A DNA stretch of 64,000 nucleotides from Minisyncoccota bacterium (lineage in GTDB: Bacteria > Patescibacteriota > Minisyncoccia > Phycocordibacterales > UBA9973). The position numbers were made by a program, and so were the translations under genes. Below, one piece after another: positions 36,536 to 46,486 of the stretch. Positions within the stretch are counted from its first letter, which is position 1, and each line of letters begins with the position of its first letter. Under the pieces are notes generated by a model that was not told the DNA's origin, did not search any database, and saw nothing but the letters and a program-made list of their open reading frames with translations. The stretch lies in assembly GCA_028718635.1 (NCBI GenBank), contig JAQULK010000001.1:242944-306943 (forward strand), read 5' to 3'.

Positions 36536-37795
36536 ATGGAAAAGCATCTTAAAGACAAGCAATATTATATTGACCTTTACGACCGCCACACCGTTAAACG
36601 CTGTCGAGACCTCGTACGCACTCATTCAGAACCAATAAAAAATCCTCCACTGATTGAGGGCAAAAAACCAACACAGAAAATGGTTGATGCCATTTCAAAA
36701 ATGGCTCTTGAGTGGAGTATGATGTTTCAAACAGGCGAAAGATATTTGAACAAAGAAGAGACAATCCGAAAATGGATGGATGCTGATAAAAGAAAAGACG
36801 AATTGTATGAAACAGCACAAGCACCAGAAAATATACGCTGTCTAACCTGTCGAAATCTTCTAAAACCAACATTTAAAAATCTATGGTCTGAAAATGGTAA
36901 AGAAGACAGAATGTTTTTTATGTATGATTGTCCAAATCAATGTTTACCAAGAAGAGCATTTTTCTCAGACGGCGAAGAATGGAGACCTAAGCCAAACCCT
37001 TGCCCAAACTGCAAAGCAAAACTCGATTGTAAAGATGCAAGTACTAAAGAAAAATTTATTACTGAATACACCTGCATAAATTCAGAATGCGGATATGTTA
37101 AAAAAAGTGAAATAGAAAGAAACGCAATAAAAGAAGAAGAGTTTGATGAGAAATTTACCGAAGATAGAGATCGTTTTTGTTTAACTGAGGAAGCAGGTAA
37201 AAAATGGCAAGAAGAAAAATGGCGACTAGAACAGCTTGGTAAATTTATGGATGAATGGAAAGAGGAAGAAAAACAAAGAGCAGAAAAATTAAAGGCAAAT
37301 CCGAAAGGATTTCATCTTGAAGGTGCTGGTTATCGCTGTGCTATATGCGGTGATGGCACTCCCGAAGGTGATAATTGGTATGACGAATATGGCATAAAAT
37401 GTTTGATCTGTCAGAAAGCAATCGATGAAGGAGAAATACCTGCATCTGTTGCAAAAGACAAAGATAGTTGGTATTCAAAATACGATATTGAAAGCAGGTT
37501 CGGTGTCAAAGGTCCAACGTTTTATAAGTGGGTAAGGAAAGGGATTATTAAACCAAGAATTATTACTCGTTACGGTAAGGGCGAACATTGTCATATTTTT
37601 ATGGTTAAAGACAATAAAGATATCTTGCCACCCAAGAAGCTGACTGAATCACAAATGGGTAGAGAGACAAAAGATGGAAAAGAATTAAATTCAATGCATC
37701 CTTGGTATCATTTTACTCATTTAGTTGAAGAGGTGAAAAAGTATAAGATTATGGATTATATTAAACTTGTTCCTATGGAAGAAAATAAAAAATAG
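36536..37795 (+). CDS. hypothetical protein with multiple CxxC zinc-ribbon pairs
   Basis: CLTCRN, CPNQC, CPNCKAKLDC, CINSECGY, CAICGD, CLICQK. Confidence 0.35.
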   Translation: MEKHLKDKQYYIDLYDRHTVKRCRDLVRTHSEPIKNPPLIEGKKPTQKMVDAISKMALEWSMMFQTGERYLNKEETIRKWMDADKRKDELYETAQAPENIRCLTCRNLLKPTFKNLWSENGKEDRMFFMYDCPNQCLPRRAFFSDGEEWRPKPNPCPNCKAKLDCKDASTKEKFITEYTCINSECGYVKKSEIERNAIKEEEFDEKFTEDRDRFCLTEEAGKKWQEEKWRLEQLGKFMDEWKEEEKQRAEKLKANPKGFHLEGAGYRCAICGDGTPEGDNWYDEYGIKCLICQKAIDEGEIPASVAKDKDSWYSKYDIESRFGVKGPTFYKWVRKGIIKPRIITRYGKGEHCHIFMVKDNKDILPPKKLTESQMGRETKDGKELNSMHPWYHFTHLVEEVKKYKIMDYIKLVPMEENKK

Positions 37796-37802
37796 ATGTA
37801 CG

Positions 37803-38195
37803 TTATTTTTCCCATTCCTTAACATCAGGATGAAAATCTACTTGATATTCTGGGATACCTAAGGAAATACCATACTCCTTTGCCTTATTATATTCTTCAA
37901 TACTATTTCTATTTATATAAAATACTTTATCTCTGAAAATAATATAGTGATGCGTTTTGTTTCTAAAATCAGCATACCAATTATGCTCTTTATCTAAAGA
38001 TACACTAATCTCTTTAGCTATGGCTTCAGCTTCATTTTCTGGAATTAAAACAGTGTGCAACGTCCATTGTTTAACCCAAGGAGTTTTATGTTTTTCTGCA
38101 ACAACACTGACTTTGGTTTCCAAAATCTGAACTTTCTTAAGCACTTCTTTGTTTTCTAAACTTTCTTCAATTATTACTCCACGATAATTATCCAT
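37803..38195 (-). CDS. hypothetical protein
   Basis: 130-aa ORF. Confidence 0.3.
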   Translation of the reverse strand: MDNYRGVIIEESLENKEVLKKVQILETKVSVVAEKHKTPWVKQWTLHTVLIPENEAEAIAKEISVSLDKEHNWYADFRNKTHHYIIFRDKVFYINRNSIEEYNKAKEYGISLGIPEYQVDFHPDVKEWEK

Positions 38196-38199
38196 AATT

Positions 38200-38673
38200 T
38201 TATTTATGCTTTTCTTTATACTCTTTATAAATTTCTATTATTTTTGGAACAGCAAAGGAACAATTTTCTGGAAGTTTTTCGGGGTCATACCAACCTGAAT
38301 CAATTATTTCAAAATTATCAATTTTTACAAAAGAAGAATCTGTATGTAAATAAAAACATTTTACGATATTTTTCTTAAAATAACGTTCTGACGAATATTC
38401 TCCCATTTCAATTATATCTTGAGCTTTTATTCCTACTTCTTCTTCTAACTCTCTTAATCCTGCTTCTTTAAAAGATTCATATTTATCTACTCCACCCCCT
38501 GAGAATGTCCACCCCTTATGGGCATAACCAATTCTGACCATAAGAATTTTATTATTATTTTCAACTACTACTTTTACTCCGAGAGACTTTGGTCTAAAGA
38601 TGAAACAATAAAATTTATAAACTGGATTTCTAAAAAAATAATAAAGTTTTTTAATTTTTTGTTTAAAATTCAT
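38200..38673 (-). CDS. NUDIX hydrolase
   Basis: Nudix box GGGVDKYESFKEAGLRELEEEVGI. Confidence 0.7.
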   Translation of the reverse strand: MNFKQKIKKLYYFFRNPVYKFYCFIFRPKSLGVKVVVENNNKILMVRIGYAHKGWTFSGGGVDKYESFKEAGLRELEEEVGIKAQDIIEMGEYSSERYFKKNIVKCFYLHTDSSFVKIDNFEIIDSGWYDPEKLPENCSFAVPKIIEIYKEYKEKHK

Positions 38674-38857
38674 ATTATCTTATTTTGATATCATCTTTAC
38701 CTCTCCAATTTATCTCAAAAGAGATTGAATGCTTGTTTGGAATTTTCCATTTAGAAAATCTAAAACAAAAAAATTGAAATTTATTTTCAGCAATCTTTCC
38801 AAATCCAAACCTATTCAAAGTAAGTTCTATATCTATAACCATTTTTTTACATTAAAT

Positions 38858-39643
38858 TTATAATTTACCTAACTGGACAGCTTCAACAATTTCATTATGC
38901 AAAATACCATTTGAAACAATACATCCAAGTCCGTCTTGATCGTATCTTCTTTCTTCTCCATTTAGATCCGTAACCTTTCCTCCAGCTTCTTCTGTAATAA
39001 TTTTTAATGAGGCAACATCATGAGCATCTTTTTTATAAAATACAGCTCCGGTATACTTTCCATTAGCAACTTGAACACCACCATAAATAAAAGAAGGGAG
39101 CTTCATGTATTTGCAACCCTTTTCAATTATTAATTTAATGAAGGGCAATGTTGAAAAACCAACCGTTTTTCCTTCAGCACCGATATTTAAATATGTATTT
39201 TTTAAAGTAGTCTCTTTTGAGACAAATATTTTTTGACCATTTCTATATGCTCCGCCCTCTTTATATGCCCAATATGTTATTTTCATTATTGGATCATATA
39301 TTAAACCTAAAATAGGCTGACCATTTGATTGATCAACTAAAGCAATAGAAAAAACGAATATGGGTAAACCAACCGAAAAAGCCATGGTTCCATCTATTGG
39401 GTCACAGACCCAAATGTATTTAGAACCTCCTTTTCTGTCACTTTTTTCTTCACCATAAATACTATGTTCTGGGTAAGTTTCATTAATTCTTTTTATAACT
39501 AAATCGTTTATTTCTGTATCCGCTAAAGTTAATGGAGTGTTGTCTCCCTTCCAAGTGTTTTCTACTTCAAAACTAAAATATTTCAAAGCTATTTCTTCAG
39601 CTTCTTTGGCTAGTTTCTTTGCAAATTCTAAATATTGTTCCAT
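38858..39643 (-). CDS. inositol monophosphatase family protein
   Basis: WVCDPIDGT motif and the overall IMPase fold. Confidence 0.7.
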   Translation of the reverse strand: MEQYLEFAKKLAKEAEEIALKYFSFEVENTWKGDNTPLTLADTEINDLVIKRINETYPEHSIYGEEKSDRKGGSKYIWVCDPIDGTMAFSVGLPIFVFSIALVDQSNGQPILGLIYDPIMKITYWAYKEGGAYRNGQKIFVSKETTLKNTYLNIGAEGKTVGFSTLPFIKLIIEKGCKYMKLPSFIYGGVQVANGKYTGAVFYKKDAHDVASLKIITEEAGGKVTDLNGEERRYDQDGLGCIVSNGILHNEIVEAVQLGKL

Positions 39644-39648
39644 GGATA

Positions 39649-40137
39649 TTAATTTATTATTTTTTTTAATTCTTTTAAATCTAGTTCGGTTCTAGTATCA
39701 ATAGAATTTCCATCTATTTGACCTGTTCCATTAATCCATATTTTTTCTGGAACAAATTTATAAACTCTCCTAGGATATGAAGTCAAAAACATAGCCACAT
39801 CTTTCATTTTGTGCTTACTTCTCATATAGACACATTTTATACCAACTAAAATCTCAATAGGATTAGTTAATTCATAAGATTTACCTTGAAAGTATACTCC
39901 AATACCAGTACTGGCTGGTACGGTTGAATCATAGATTGTAGTAAAAGTATTTGGGTTATTTCTTATATTTATTGAATGTTGATTTTCTTTCCAAGATAAC
40001 CAGTAGAAATTAAGTTCTTTATCATAGGCACAATACACTGGGCTATTCCAAGGCAAACCCTCTGGGGTAATGGTAGCTGAATTGAGATATTCAATCTTTT
40101 CTATTATTTCTTTTGATTTTTTTAAAAGATTTTCCAT
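39649..40137 (-). CDS. hypothetical protein
   Basis: 162-aa ORF. Confidence 0.3.
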   Translation of the reverse strand: MENLLKKSKEIIEKIEYLNSATITPEGLPWNSPVYCAYDKELNFYWLSWKENQHSINIRNNPNTFTTIYDSTVPASTGIGVYFQGKSYELTNPIEILVGIKCVYMRSKHKMKDVAMFLTSYPRRVYKFVPEKIWINGTGQIDGNSIDTRTELDLKELKKIIN

Positions 40138-40379
40138 TATTTATTTATTAATTCTAATTTCTTATTTTTTCTTAATTTTTTAATTCTAGCTTCTTCTTTT
40201 GAGGCGGTAGATCTGTTTTTGAATTTCTTTGAATAAACAATTTTTACCGGTCTTCTAGAAACAGTATACCTTGCTCCCAGCTTTGTATTATTGTGTTCAA
40301 CAGTTCTTCTTTCTAAATTTGTGGTAATTCCAGTATATAGAGTTTTGTCAGCACATTCAAGAATATAAAGATAATACAT
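40137..40379 (-). CDS. GIY-YIG domain nuclease (UPF0213-like)
   Basis: YYLYILECADKTLYTGITTNLERRTVEHN. Confidence 0.7.
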   Translation of the reverse strand: MYYLYILECADKTLYTGITTNLERRTVEHNNTKLGARYTVSRRPVKIVYSKKFKNRSTASKEEARIKKLRKNKKLELINK

Positions 40380-40392
40380 ATATTCTTTGAAG

Positions 40393-40956
40393 TTATAGAA
40401 TCTTTCTAATTTTTTCTAATAAATCAGGGAAAGTTAAATATCCAGCTCTTGCATTAAAATGTCCAGCGTTTGGAATAAAGGAAAGCTCAACGCCTAACTC
40501 TTTAGCTAATTGTTCTCCATTACCTAAAGACACATAAGGATCATTGTCTGAATGATAAACGGTGAAATGTTTTGAGTTATTTTTTATGGTATTCCAATCA
40601 AAATCAAAACCACTAAAACTACTATCTCGATCATAATTTAGAATCGGTTTTACTCCTATTGGGGTTCCAGTTAGAAAAACTGCCCTAATTGGATACTTGA
40701 GTTTTTCTAAAACTCTCAAAGCAAAAACACCACCTAAACTATGTCCAATAATAATGGTATTTTCGTCAATATCCTGTTCATAGTTTTTTAGCACTTCAAA
40801 CCATTCAAAGATTTTGGCTGGCACTACAGCTGGTGTTGGAAATTGAGGCACAATAACCTTGCAACCTTTTTCTTCCAGTTTTTCTTTTAACCAAGGAAAC
40901 CAATTTTCCTGCGGATGCCCCTCTGTTCCATGAAAGATGAATACGTTATTAATCAT
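40393..40956 (-). CDS. alpha/beta hydrolase (serine esterase-like)
   Basis: GHSLGG nucleophile elbow. Confidence 0.55.
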   Translation of the reverse strand: MINNVFIFHGTEGHPQENWFPWLKEKLEEKGCKVIVPQFPTPAVVPAKIFEWFEVLKNYEQDIDENTIIIGHSLGGVFALRVLEKLKYPIRAVFLTGTPIGVKPILNYDRDSSFSGFDFDWNTIKNNSKHFTVYHSDNDPYVSLGNGEQLAKELGVELSFIPNAGHFNARAGYLTFPDLLEKIRKIL

Positions 40957-41371
40957 GCCCTGATTGTATCAAAAATTCAAAAAAAGAGACATCTAACGGA
41001 TATCGCATAAAAGTGTCTCATTTGTCTCATTTTGACGTAAAATAAGGTTATATTGTCGTTTAAAAGACACACTCCTGTTTTTCTTTTAGCGACTCGAGTG
41101 CCTCAGCAACACCCGGAAAAAAGTGCTAGAATACCTTTACATGGTCTCATTAGCACAGTACTTAACTCTTAGACACCGCAGTCAGTATTTATTATCGGTA
41201 GACGTTGAGGCCTTATTTTCCCGCACTTTTTTGCGCTGATTTTTCTAAAAAACCATGACCCATCCGGGATTCGAAATAGGAAGTAAATTAACTATATTTT
41301 AAATATACAATGTAAAAATGTATTCAGAACTAAAAAAATAAAAAAATTATTTATGTTATACTGCAATAGTA

Positions 41372-41938
41372 ATGAAAAAAACCGACGAACAATTAATTTC
41401 AGATTACCTAGAAGGAGATGAAAAATCTCTAGAAGTGCTTGTCGATCGATATCTTATAAATATCTATAATTTTGTATATAAACTAGTAAACGATCGTCAA
41501 GCAGCGAATGACATCAGTCAGGAATCTTTCATAAAAGCTTGGAAAAATATTCGTAAATATCGACAAGGAAGTAATTTTCAAAATTGGCTTTTAACTTTAA
41601 CTAGAAATACAGCTATTGATTGGTTGCGAAAAAGAAAAGACCTTTCTTTTTCTATTTTTGAAAACGAGAAGGGTGTAAATATATTTTCAGAAACCTTAGT
41701 TGACGATAAACCTTCTCCTTTCGAACTTCTTACTCAAGCTGAAGACACAATATTTGTGGAAGCACTTTTGAATGAACTTAATCCCCAATATCGTGACGTA
41801 CTAACGCTTCGATATTCAAGTGATTTTACATTCGAAGAAATTGGAAAACTCTTAAAGAGACCTCTTCATACCGTTAAAAGTCAACATCGTAGAGCTCTTG
41901 TTGCCCTTCGTAGATTACTGGAAGCACAGTCAGCCTAA
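41372..41938 (+). CDS. RNA polymerase sigma factor, ECF (sigma-70 region 2/4) family
   Basis: Region 2 FIKAWKNIRKY...WLLTLTRNTAIDWLRKR and region 4 LTLRYSSDFTFEEIGKLLKRPLHTVKSQHRRAL. Confidence 0.75.
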   Translation: MKKTDEQLISDYLEGDEKSLEVLVDRYLINIYNFVYKLVNDRQAANDISQESFIKAWKNIRKYRQGSNFQNWLLTLTRNTAIDWLRKRKDLSFSIFENEKGVNIFSETLVDDKPSPFELLTQAEDTIFVEALLNELNPQYRDVLTLRYSSDFTFEEIGKLLKRPLHTVKSQHRRALVALRRLLEAQSA

Positions 41939-41963
41939 ACTCAAATAAATATTTTTTATTGTA

Positions 41964-42371
41964 ATGCACCAAAATGCATGGCAATTTCGTTTATATAGTA
42001 TGAACAAGTTGAAACCAACAAAAGAGCTTAGAAACAACATCCTCTTTAGGATTAGGCAAGAAGAGCGTCGTAGGGCTAAAGTTTACCTTTTTAGTTATGC
42101 AAGTATTATCCCTTTTTCTTTAATTGGAGTTGTTCTCTCGATTCGATATGTATCGGAAGGATTTTATCAATCAGGTTTTTATGAGTATCTTTCACTTCTC
42201 TTTTCAGGTGATAGTGCCGTATACACTTATTGGAAAGAATTATCACTTTCTTTAATTGATTCAATGCCAATTATTGGGATAATTGCTTTTCTTATGGCGC
42301 TCGGAGCTCTTATCTGGTCAGGTGCTAATACATTTACTAATACTCGTCGTTTTATTTTACAAGCCAATTAA
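41964..42371 (+). CDS. membrane protein, possible anti-sigma factor
   Basis: Position downstream of the ECF sigma gene, with two TM helices. Confidence 0.3.
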   Translation: MHQNAWQFRLYSMNKLKPTKELRNNILFRIRQEERRRAKVYLFSYASIIPFSLIGVVLSIRYVSEGFYQSGFYEYLSLLFSGDSAVYTYWKELSLSLIDSMPIIGIIAFLMALGALIWSGANTFTNTRRFILQAN

Positions 42372-42383
42372 TATTTAAAAAAT

Positions 42384-42872
42384 ATGGATTTAAAAGATAT
42401 ACACAAATCAAAGACCGTTCGCGGAATTATCATAGGGCTAGGAGTTGCCGTCCTTGTTCTTGGGATTTTTAAACTTGGACAGGTTTCCGGTTACCACAAA
42501 GCAAGATTCTCTCAAAAATTCGGAGATAATTTCAATAGAAATTTTGTTGATCCTCGTGGAGAAGGGTTCTTTAAAGATTTCTCTGGTGGGCTGGATCCCA
42601 TAGGAGGTCACGGAGCAGTCGGGAAAATTGTAAGCATTGCATTACCTCTTATTGTTGTGGCTGGTCCAGATAATATTGAAAAAACAATTATGATAAGTGA
42701 AAGTACTGAGATACGCAAGTATCGTGATGATATAACCACTACTGATTTGAAGGTCGGAGATTTCATTGTTGTTTTAGGAACTCCCAACGATGATGGACAG
42801 GTTGAAGCAAAGCTTATTCGTACATTACCACCTCCACCAGAAAAATTGCCAACTAATCAACCTATCCAATAA
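42384..42872 (+). CDS. hypothetical membrane-anchored protein
   Basis: N-terminal TM followed by a soluble domain. Confidence 0.3.
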   Translation: MDLKDIHKSKTVRGIIIGLGVAVLVLGIFKLGQVSGYHKARFSQKFGDNFNRNFVDPRGEGFFKDFSGGLDPIGGHGAVGKIVSIALPLIVVAGPDNIEKTIMISESTEIRKYRDDITTTDLKVGDFIVVLGTPNDDGQVEAKLIRTLPPPPEKLPTNQPIQ

Positions 42873-42874
42873 TT

Positions 42875-44527
42875 ATGAAATCATTTTTACTAAAACTAAA
42901 AAGCTGGGTTTTTGCTCACAAGAAAACAGCTATCCTTCTAGTTATTATTCTAAGTGCAAGTGTCTATGGAATTTTCAAGATTTTTAACAACTCTGCACAG
43001 GAAACTCGGTATGTTTTTGCGAGTGTTGAGAGAGGCACGATAGTCTCTTCTGTTTCAGGAACAGGCCAAGTATCTGCCTCAAATCAAATTGAGATAAAAC
43101 CAAAGATATCTGGTGATGTTATTTATATTGGCGTTCAGAGTGGGCAAGAAGTAAAAGCTGGAGCCTTAATTGCTCAGATTGACGCAAAGGATGCGCAGAA
43201 ATCTATTCGTGATGCAGAAATTAATTTGGAAAGTGCCAAATTATCTTTAGAAAAATTAAAACTTCAAAACTCAAATGAAAATATGAATGCAAATTTAACG
43301 AAAGCATATGATGATGGTTTTAATGCTGTCTCTGATACTTTTTTAGACTTACCGTCAACCGTAACTGGACTTGAAAATCTTTTAAATCAAAACAATCTTT
43401 CAGAAAATGCTGCACGGGTGAGTGGAAAAACTGCGCAAGATTATAGAAGTACTGCTGAAACTGCATATTATGATGCAAAAAATGCCTTTGATAAAAATAG
43501 AATATATTACAGAACCCTCAACCATAATTCTCCCGCTAAAGATATTGATAAAATTATTAATCAAACCTATGAGACGACTAAGCTTATCGCTGATGCCATA
43601 AAGAAACTCCGAAATTTCGTAGATTTTTTATCAGAAGATACAGGAAGGACTTCAGAATTTACCTCCTATCAAAACACACTTTCTACCTATACTAGTACAA
43701 ACAATGGACACCTTGATAACCTTCTCACAATAAAAACTAACATTAGAAATTACAATGACGCTTTTCCTAATGCAAACTTGGATTTACAATCTTCAGAACT
43801 TTCTGTAAAACAAAAAGAAAATACTTTACAGGATACAAAAGACAAACTGGCAGATTATTATATTCGAGCGCCTTTTGAAGGAGCCATAGCGATTTTAAAT
43901 ATTAAAAAGTCGGATTCTGTAAGTTCCAGTACAGTAATTGGAACTCTTGTCACAAAGCAGAAGATTGCAGAAATTTCACTGAACGAAGTAGATGCGACAA
44001 AAATAAAAGTTGGACAGAAAGCTACACTCTCCTTTGACGCAATCGAAGATCTTACTATCACAGGAGAAGTAATAGAGGTTGATCTTATAGGTACAGTCAG
44101 CCAGGGAGTAGTAAGCTACATCGTAAAAATTGGTTTTGATACGGGTGACGATAAGGTGAGGCCAGGTATGACCGTGAGCGCAAATATTATTACCAACATG
44201 AAGCAAAATGTCCTAATTGTTCCATCAAGTGCTGTGAAAACCCAAGGCAATACAAGTTATGTGGAAATTGTTAATGAAGACCTACCACTAACACAGACAA
44301 GTCAAACTGCGGGTGTTCTTCTGCCTACTCTTCCAATTCAGGTGCCTGTGACGTTAGGTCTTTCAAGTGACGAATCAGTGGAAATTGTTTCAGGACTCAC
44401 AGAGGGTGATAAGTATGTGGTTCGTAAAATTACAACTGTAACAACATCACAACCGATCTCTACTTCTGCTCCGAGTCTTCTAGGAGGAGGTGGTGTCAGA
44501 ACAGGAGGAGGAAATTTCCCAAGATAA
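42875..44527 (+). CDS. efflux transporter periplasmic adaptor (HlyD/MacA-like membrane fusion protein)
   Basis: N-terminal TM, biotinyl/lipoyl-like IKPKISGDVIYIGVQSGQEVKAGALIAQID, long coiled-coil, beta-barrel. Confidence 0.65.
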   Translation: MKSFLLKLKSWVFAHKKTAILLVIILSASVYGIFKIFNNSAQETRYVFASVERGTIVSSVSGTGQVSASNQIEIKPKISGDVIYIGVQSGQEVKAGALIAQIDAKDAQKSIRDAEINLESAKLSLEKLKLQNSNENMNANLTKAYDDGFNAVSDTFLDLPSTVTGLENLLNQNNLSENAARVSGKTAQDYRSTAETAYYDAKNAFDKNRIYYRTLNHNSPAKDIDKIINQTYETTKLIADAIKKLRNFVDFLSEDTGRTSEFTSYQNTLSTYTSTNNGHLDNLLTIKTNIRNYNDAFPNANLDLQSSELSVKQKENTLQDTKDKLADYYIRAPFEGAIAILNIKKSDSVSSSTVIGTLVTKQKIAEISLNEVDATKIKVGQKATLSFDAIEDLTITGEVIEVDLIGTVSQGVVSYIVKIGFDTGDDKVRPGMTVSANIITNMKQNVLIVPSSAVKTQGNTSYVEIVNEDLPLTQTSQTAGVLLPTLPIQVPVTLGLSSDESVEIVSGLTEGDKYVVRKITTVTTSQPISTSAPSLLGGGGVRTGGGNFPR

Positions 44528-44528
44528 C

Positions 44529-45242
44529 ATGATTACAGTCAACGATATTACAAAAACATATGGCTCGGGTGATACGGCATTCCAGGCTCTCAAAGGTGTT
44601 TCTTTTACGATTAAGGACGGAGAATTTATCGCTATTATGGGTCCTTCTGGTTCGGGAAAATCGACATTGATGCATATATTAGGTTGCCTAGATATTCCCA
44701 CTACAGGCAAATACCTCCTGAATAAAAAAGATGTATCCATGTTCACTGACGACGAGCTTGCCGATATCCGTAGATTACATATCGGCTTTGTTTTTCAGAC
44801 CTTTAATTTACTCCCGCGCACAACTGTCATGCGGAATGTGATGTTGCCACTTATATATGCAGGGGTTAATGAAGAAGATAGAGAGACAAGATCAAAGAAG
44901 GCACTCGTTGCAGCAAGCATGACAGAGTCCCATTTTTTTCACAAAAGCAATCAACTCTCGGGTGGACAGATTCAGCGTGTAGCAATTGCGAGAGCGCTTG
45001 TGAATGATCCTTCTCTCATTCTTGCCGATGAACCCACCGGGAACCTCGACACAAAAACAGGAGAAATTGTTTTGGGGACATTTCAGAAGTTAAACAAGGA
45101 ACATGGTCGTACTATTATTTTAATTACGCACGAGCATGATGTTGCAGAATATGCGGAACGTATTATTACTCTCCGTGATGGCATCATTGTTTCGGATTCT
45201 AAATCTCATGCGCGTAAGCATGCAAAACATTATGAAACTTAA
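44529..45242 (+). CDS. ABC transporter ATP-binding protein (MacB/LolD type)
   Basis: GPSGSGKSTL, LSGGQIQRVAIARAL, ILADEPTGNLD. The start was chosen at MITVNDITKTYG, right after the upstream stop. Confidence 0.85.
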   Translation: MITVNDITKTYGSGDTAFQALKGVSFTIKDGEFIAIMGPSGSGKSTLMHILGCLDIPTTGKYLLNKKDVSMFTDDELADIRRLHIGFVFQTFNLLPRTTVMRNVMLPLIYAGVNEEDRETRSKKALVAASMTESHFFHKSNQLSGGQIQRVAIARALVNDPSLILADEPTGNLDTKTGEIVLGTFQKLNKEHGRTIILITHEHDVAEYAERIITLRDGIIVSDSKSHARKHAKHYET

Positions 45243-46458
45243 CGATATTATTCACGAGACATACGCAGCACTATCGGCGAACAAGGTTCGATCTGGACTT
45301 ACAATGCTCGGCATTGTGATTGGCATATCATCGGTCATCGCGATGGTTTCGATCGGCACAGGCGCATCAAATACCATTTCATCCTCCATAGAATCGCTCG
45401 GATCAAATCTCATTCAGATTATGCCTGGGGCACAGCAAAGGCAAGGATTCGGTGTTTCGAGCGGTCGCGGAGGTGCAAAGACTCTCACAAATGAAGATGC
45501 AGCTGCAATTGCAGAACAGATTATGGATGTTGAAGCAGTAGATTCTCAAGTGTCCGGACGATATCAAATTACCGCTAAGGGTACTAATACCAACACCAGT
45601 GTAACAGGTGTTACTTCAAAATACTCTCAAATTCGTAATATAGAAATAGCAGAAGGATCATTTATTTCCGACACCCAGAATAATTCTGCATCAAGAGTTG
45701 CCGTGTTGGGACCAACCACTCGCGATGATCTTTTTGGAGAAGGTGCAACAAATGTAGTTGGACAATCGATTCGTGTTAATAGTTTAGAATTCAAGGTGAT
45801 AGGTATTACCGTAGCGAAAGGAGGAAGTGGTTTCCAAAATCAAGACGACATGATTTACATCCCGGTCAAAAGCGCGCAACGTTATCTTTCAGGCGATCAG
45901 TATTTAACAACAATTGCTGTGCAAGCATCTTCGCCAGACACAATGACACAGGTGCAATCGGATATTACAGCACTTCTATTAGATAGGCATAAAATCAGAG
46001 ATGCGACTTTAGTCGATTTTAGTGTTCTCAATCAGAGCGATATCCTATCGTCAGCATCGAGCATCACCTCAACCTTGACGTATTTATTGGCGGCAATAGG
46101 ATGTATTTCACTTCTAGTCGGTGGCATTGGTATTATGAATATGATGCTCACCACAGTAACTGAACGTACGAAAGAAATTGGTCTTAGAAAAGCAATTGGG
46201 GCACGTAAAAATGATATTTCAACGCAGTTTTTGGCTGAAGCAGTCGCATTAACCCTTGTTGGTGGTATCATCGGTATTGCGCTTGGATGGCTAATCTCGT
46301 TTGTTGTAAATTTGACTGGTCTTGTGGCGACAAGTGTTTCGCTTGTTTCAGTTCTTATTGCTTTTGGTGTTTCAGCGTTAATTGGAATTATCTTCGGATA
46401 TTATCCTGCTCGTCGAGCAGCAGGACTCAATCCGATTGATGCTTTGAGGTACGAGTAA
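45229..46458 (+). CDS. ABC transporter permease (MacB periplasmic domain plus FtsX-like 4-TM)
   Basis: MKLNDIIHETYAAL... with a C-terminal FtsX-like region. It overlaps the ATPase gene by 14 nt. Confidence 0.8.
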   Translation: MMKLNDIIHETYAALSANKVRSGLTMLGIVIGISSVIAMVSIGTGASNTISSSIESLGSNLIQIMPGAQQRQGFGVSSGRGGAKTLTNEDAAAIAEQIMDVEAVDSQVSGRYQITAKGTNTNTSVTGVTSKYSQIRNIEIAEGSFISDTQNNSASRVAVLGPTTRDDLFGEGATNVVGQSIRVNSLEFKVIGITVAKGGSGFQNQDDMIYIPVKSAQRYLSGDQYLTTIAVQASSPDTMTQVQSDITALLLDRHKIRDATLVDFSVLNQSDILSSASSITSTLTYLLAAIGCISLLVGGIGIMNMMLTTVTERTKEIGLRKAIGARKNDISTQFLAEAVALTLVGGIIGIALGWLISFVVNLTGLVATSVSLVSVLIAFGVSALIGIIFGYYPARRAAGLNPIDALRYE

Positions 46459-46486
46459 TTAATAGTTAATAATTTATATAAAAATT

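Larger units (their letters stand above)
23402..41203. mobile_element. candidate integrated accessory/defense island next to a tRNA, bounded by the 28-bp imperfect direct repeat CCGCAGTCAGTATTTA(G/T)TATCGG(A/T)AGAC at 23402-23429 and 41176-41203
   Basis: The direct repeat was read from the sequence (26/28 identical). The left copy overlaps the tRNA 3' end. Contents are a serine recombinase, DNA methyltransferases, a ParB-methyltransferase, a giant NTPase, GIY-YIG and NUDIX. Confidence 0.45.

Noticed and set aside
41270-41300. Possible tRNA remnant (GGGATTCGAAAT) near the right island border
   Set aside because: No complementary T-stem or acceptor stem could be built on either strand. It is only a T-loop-like hexamer.
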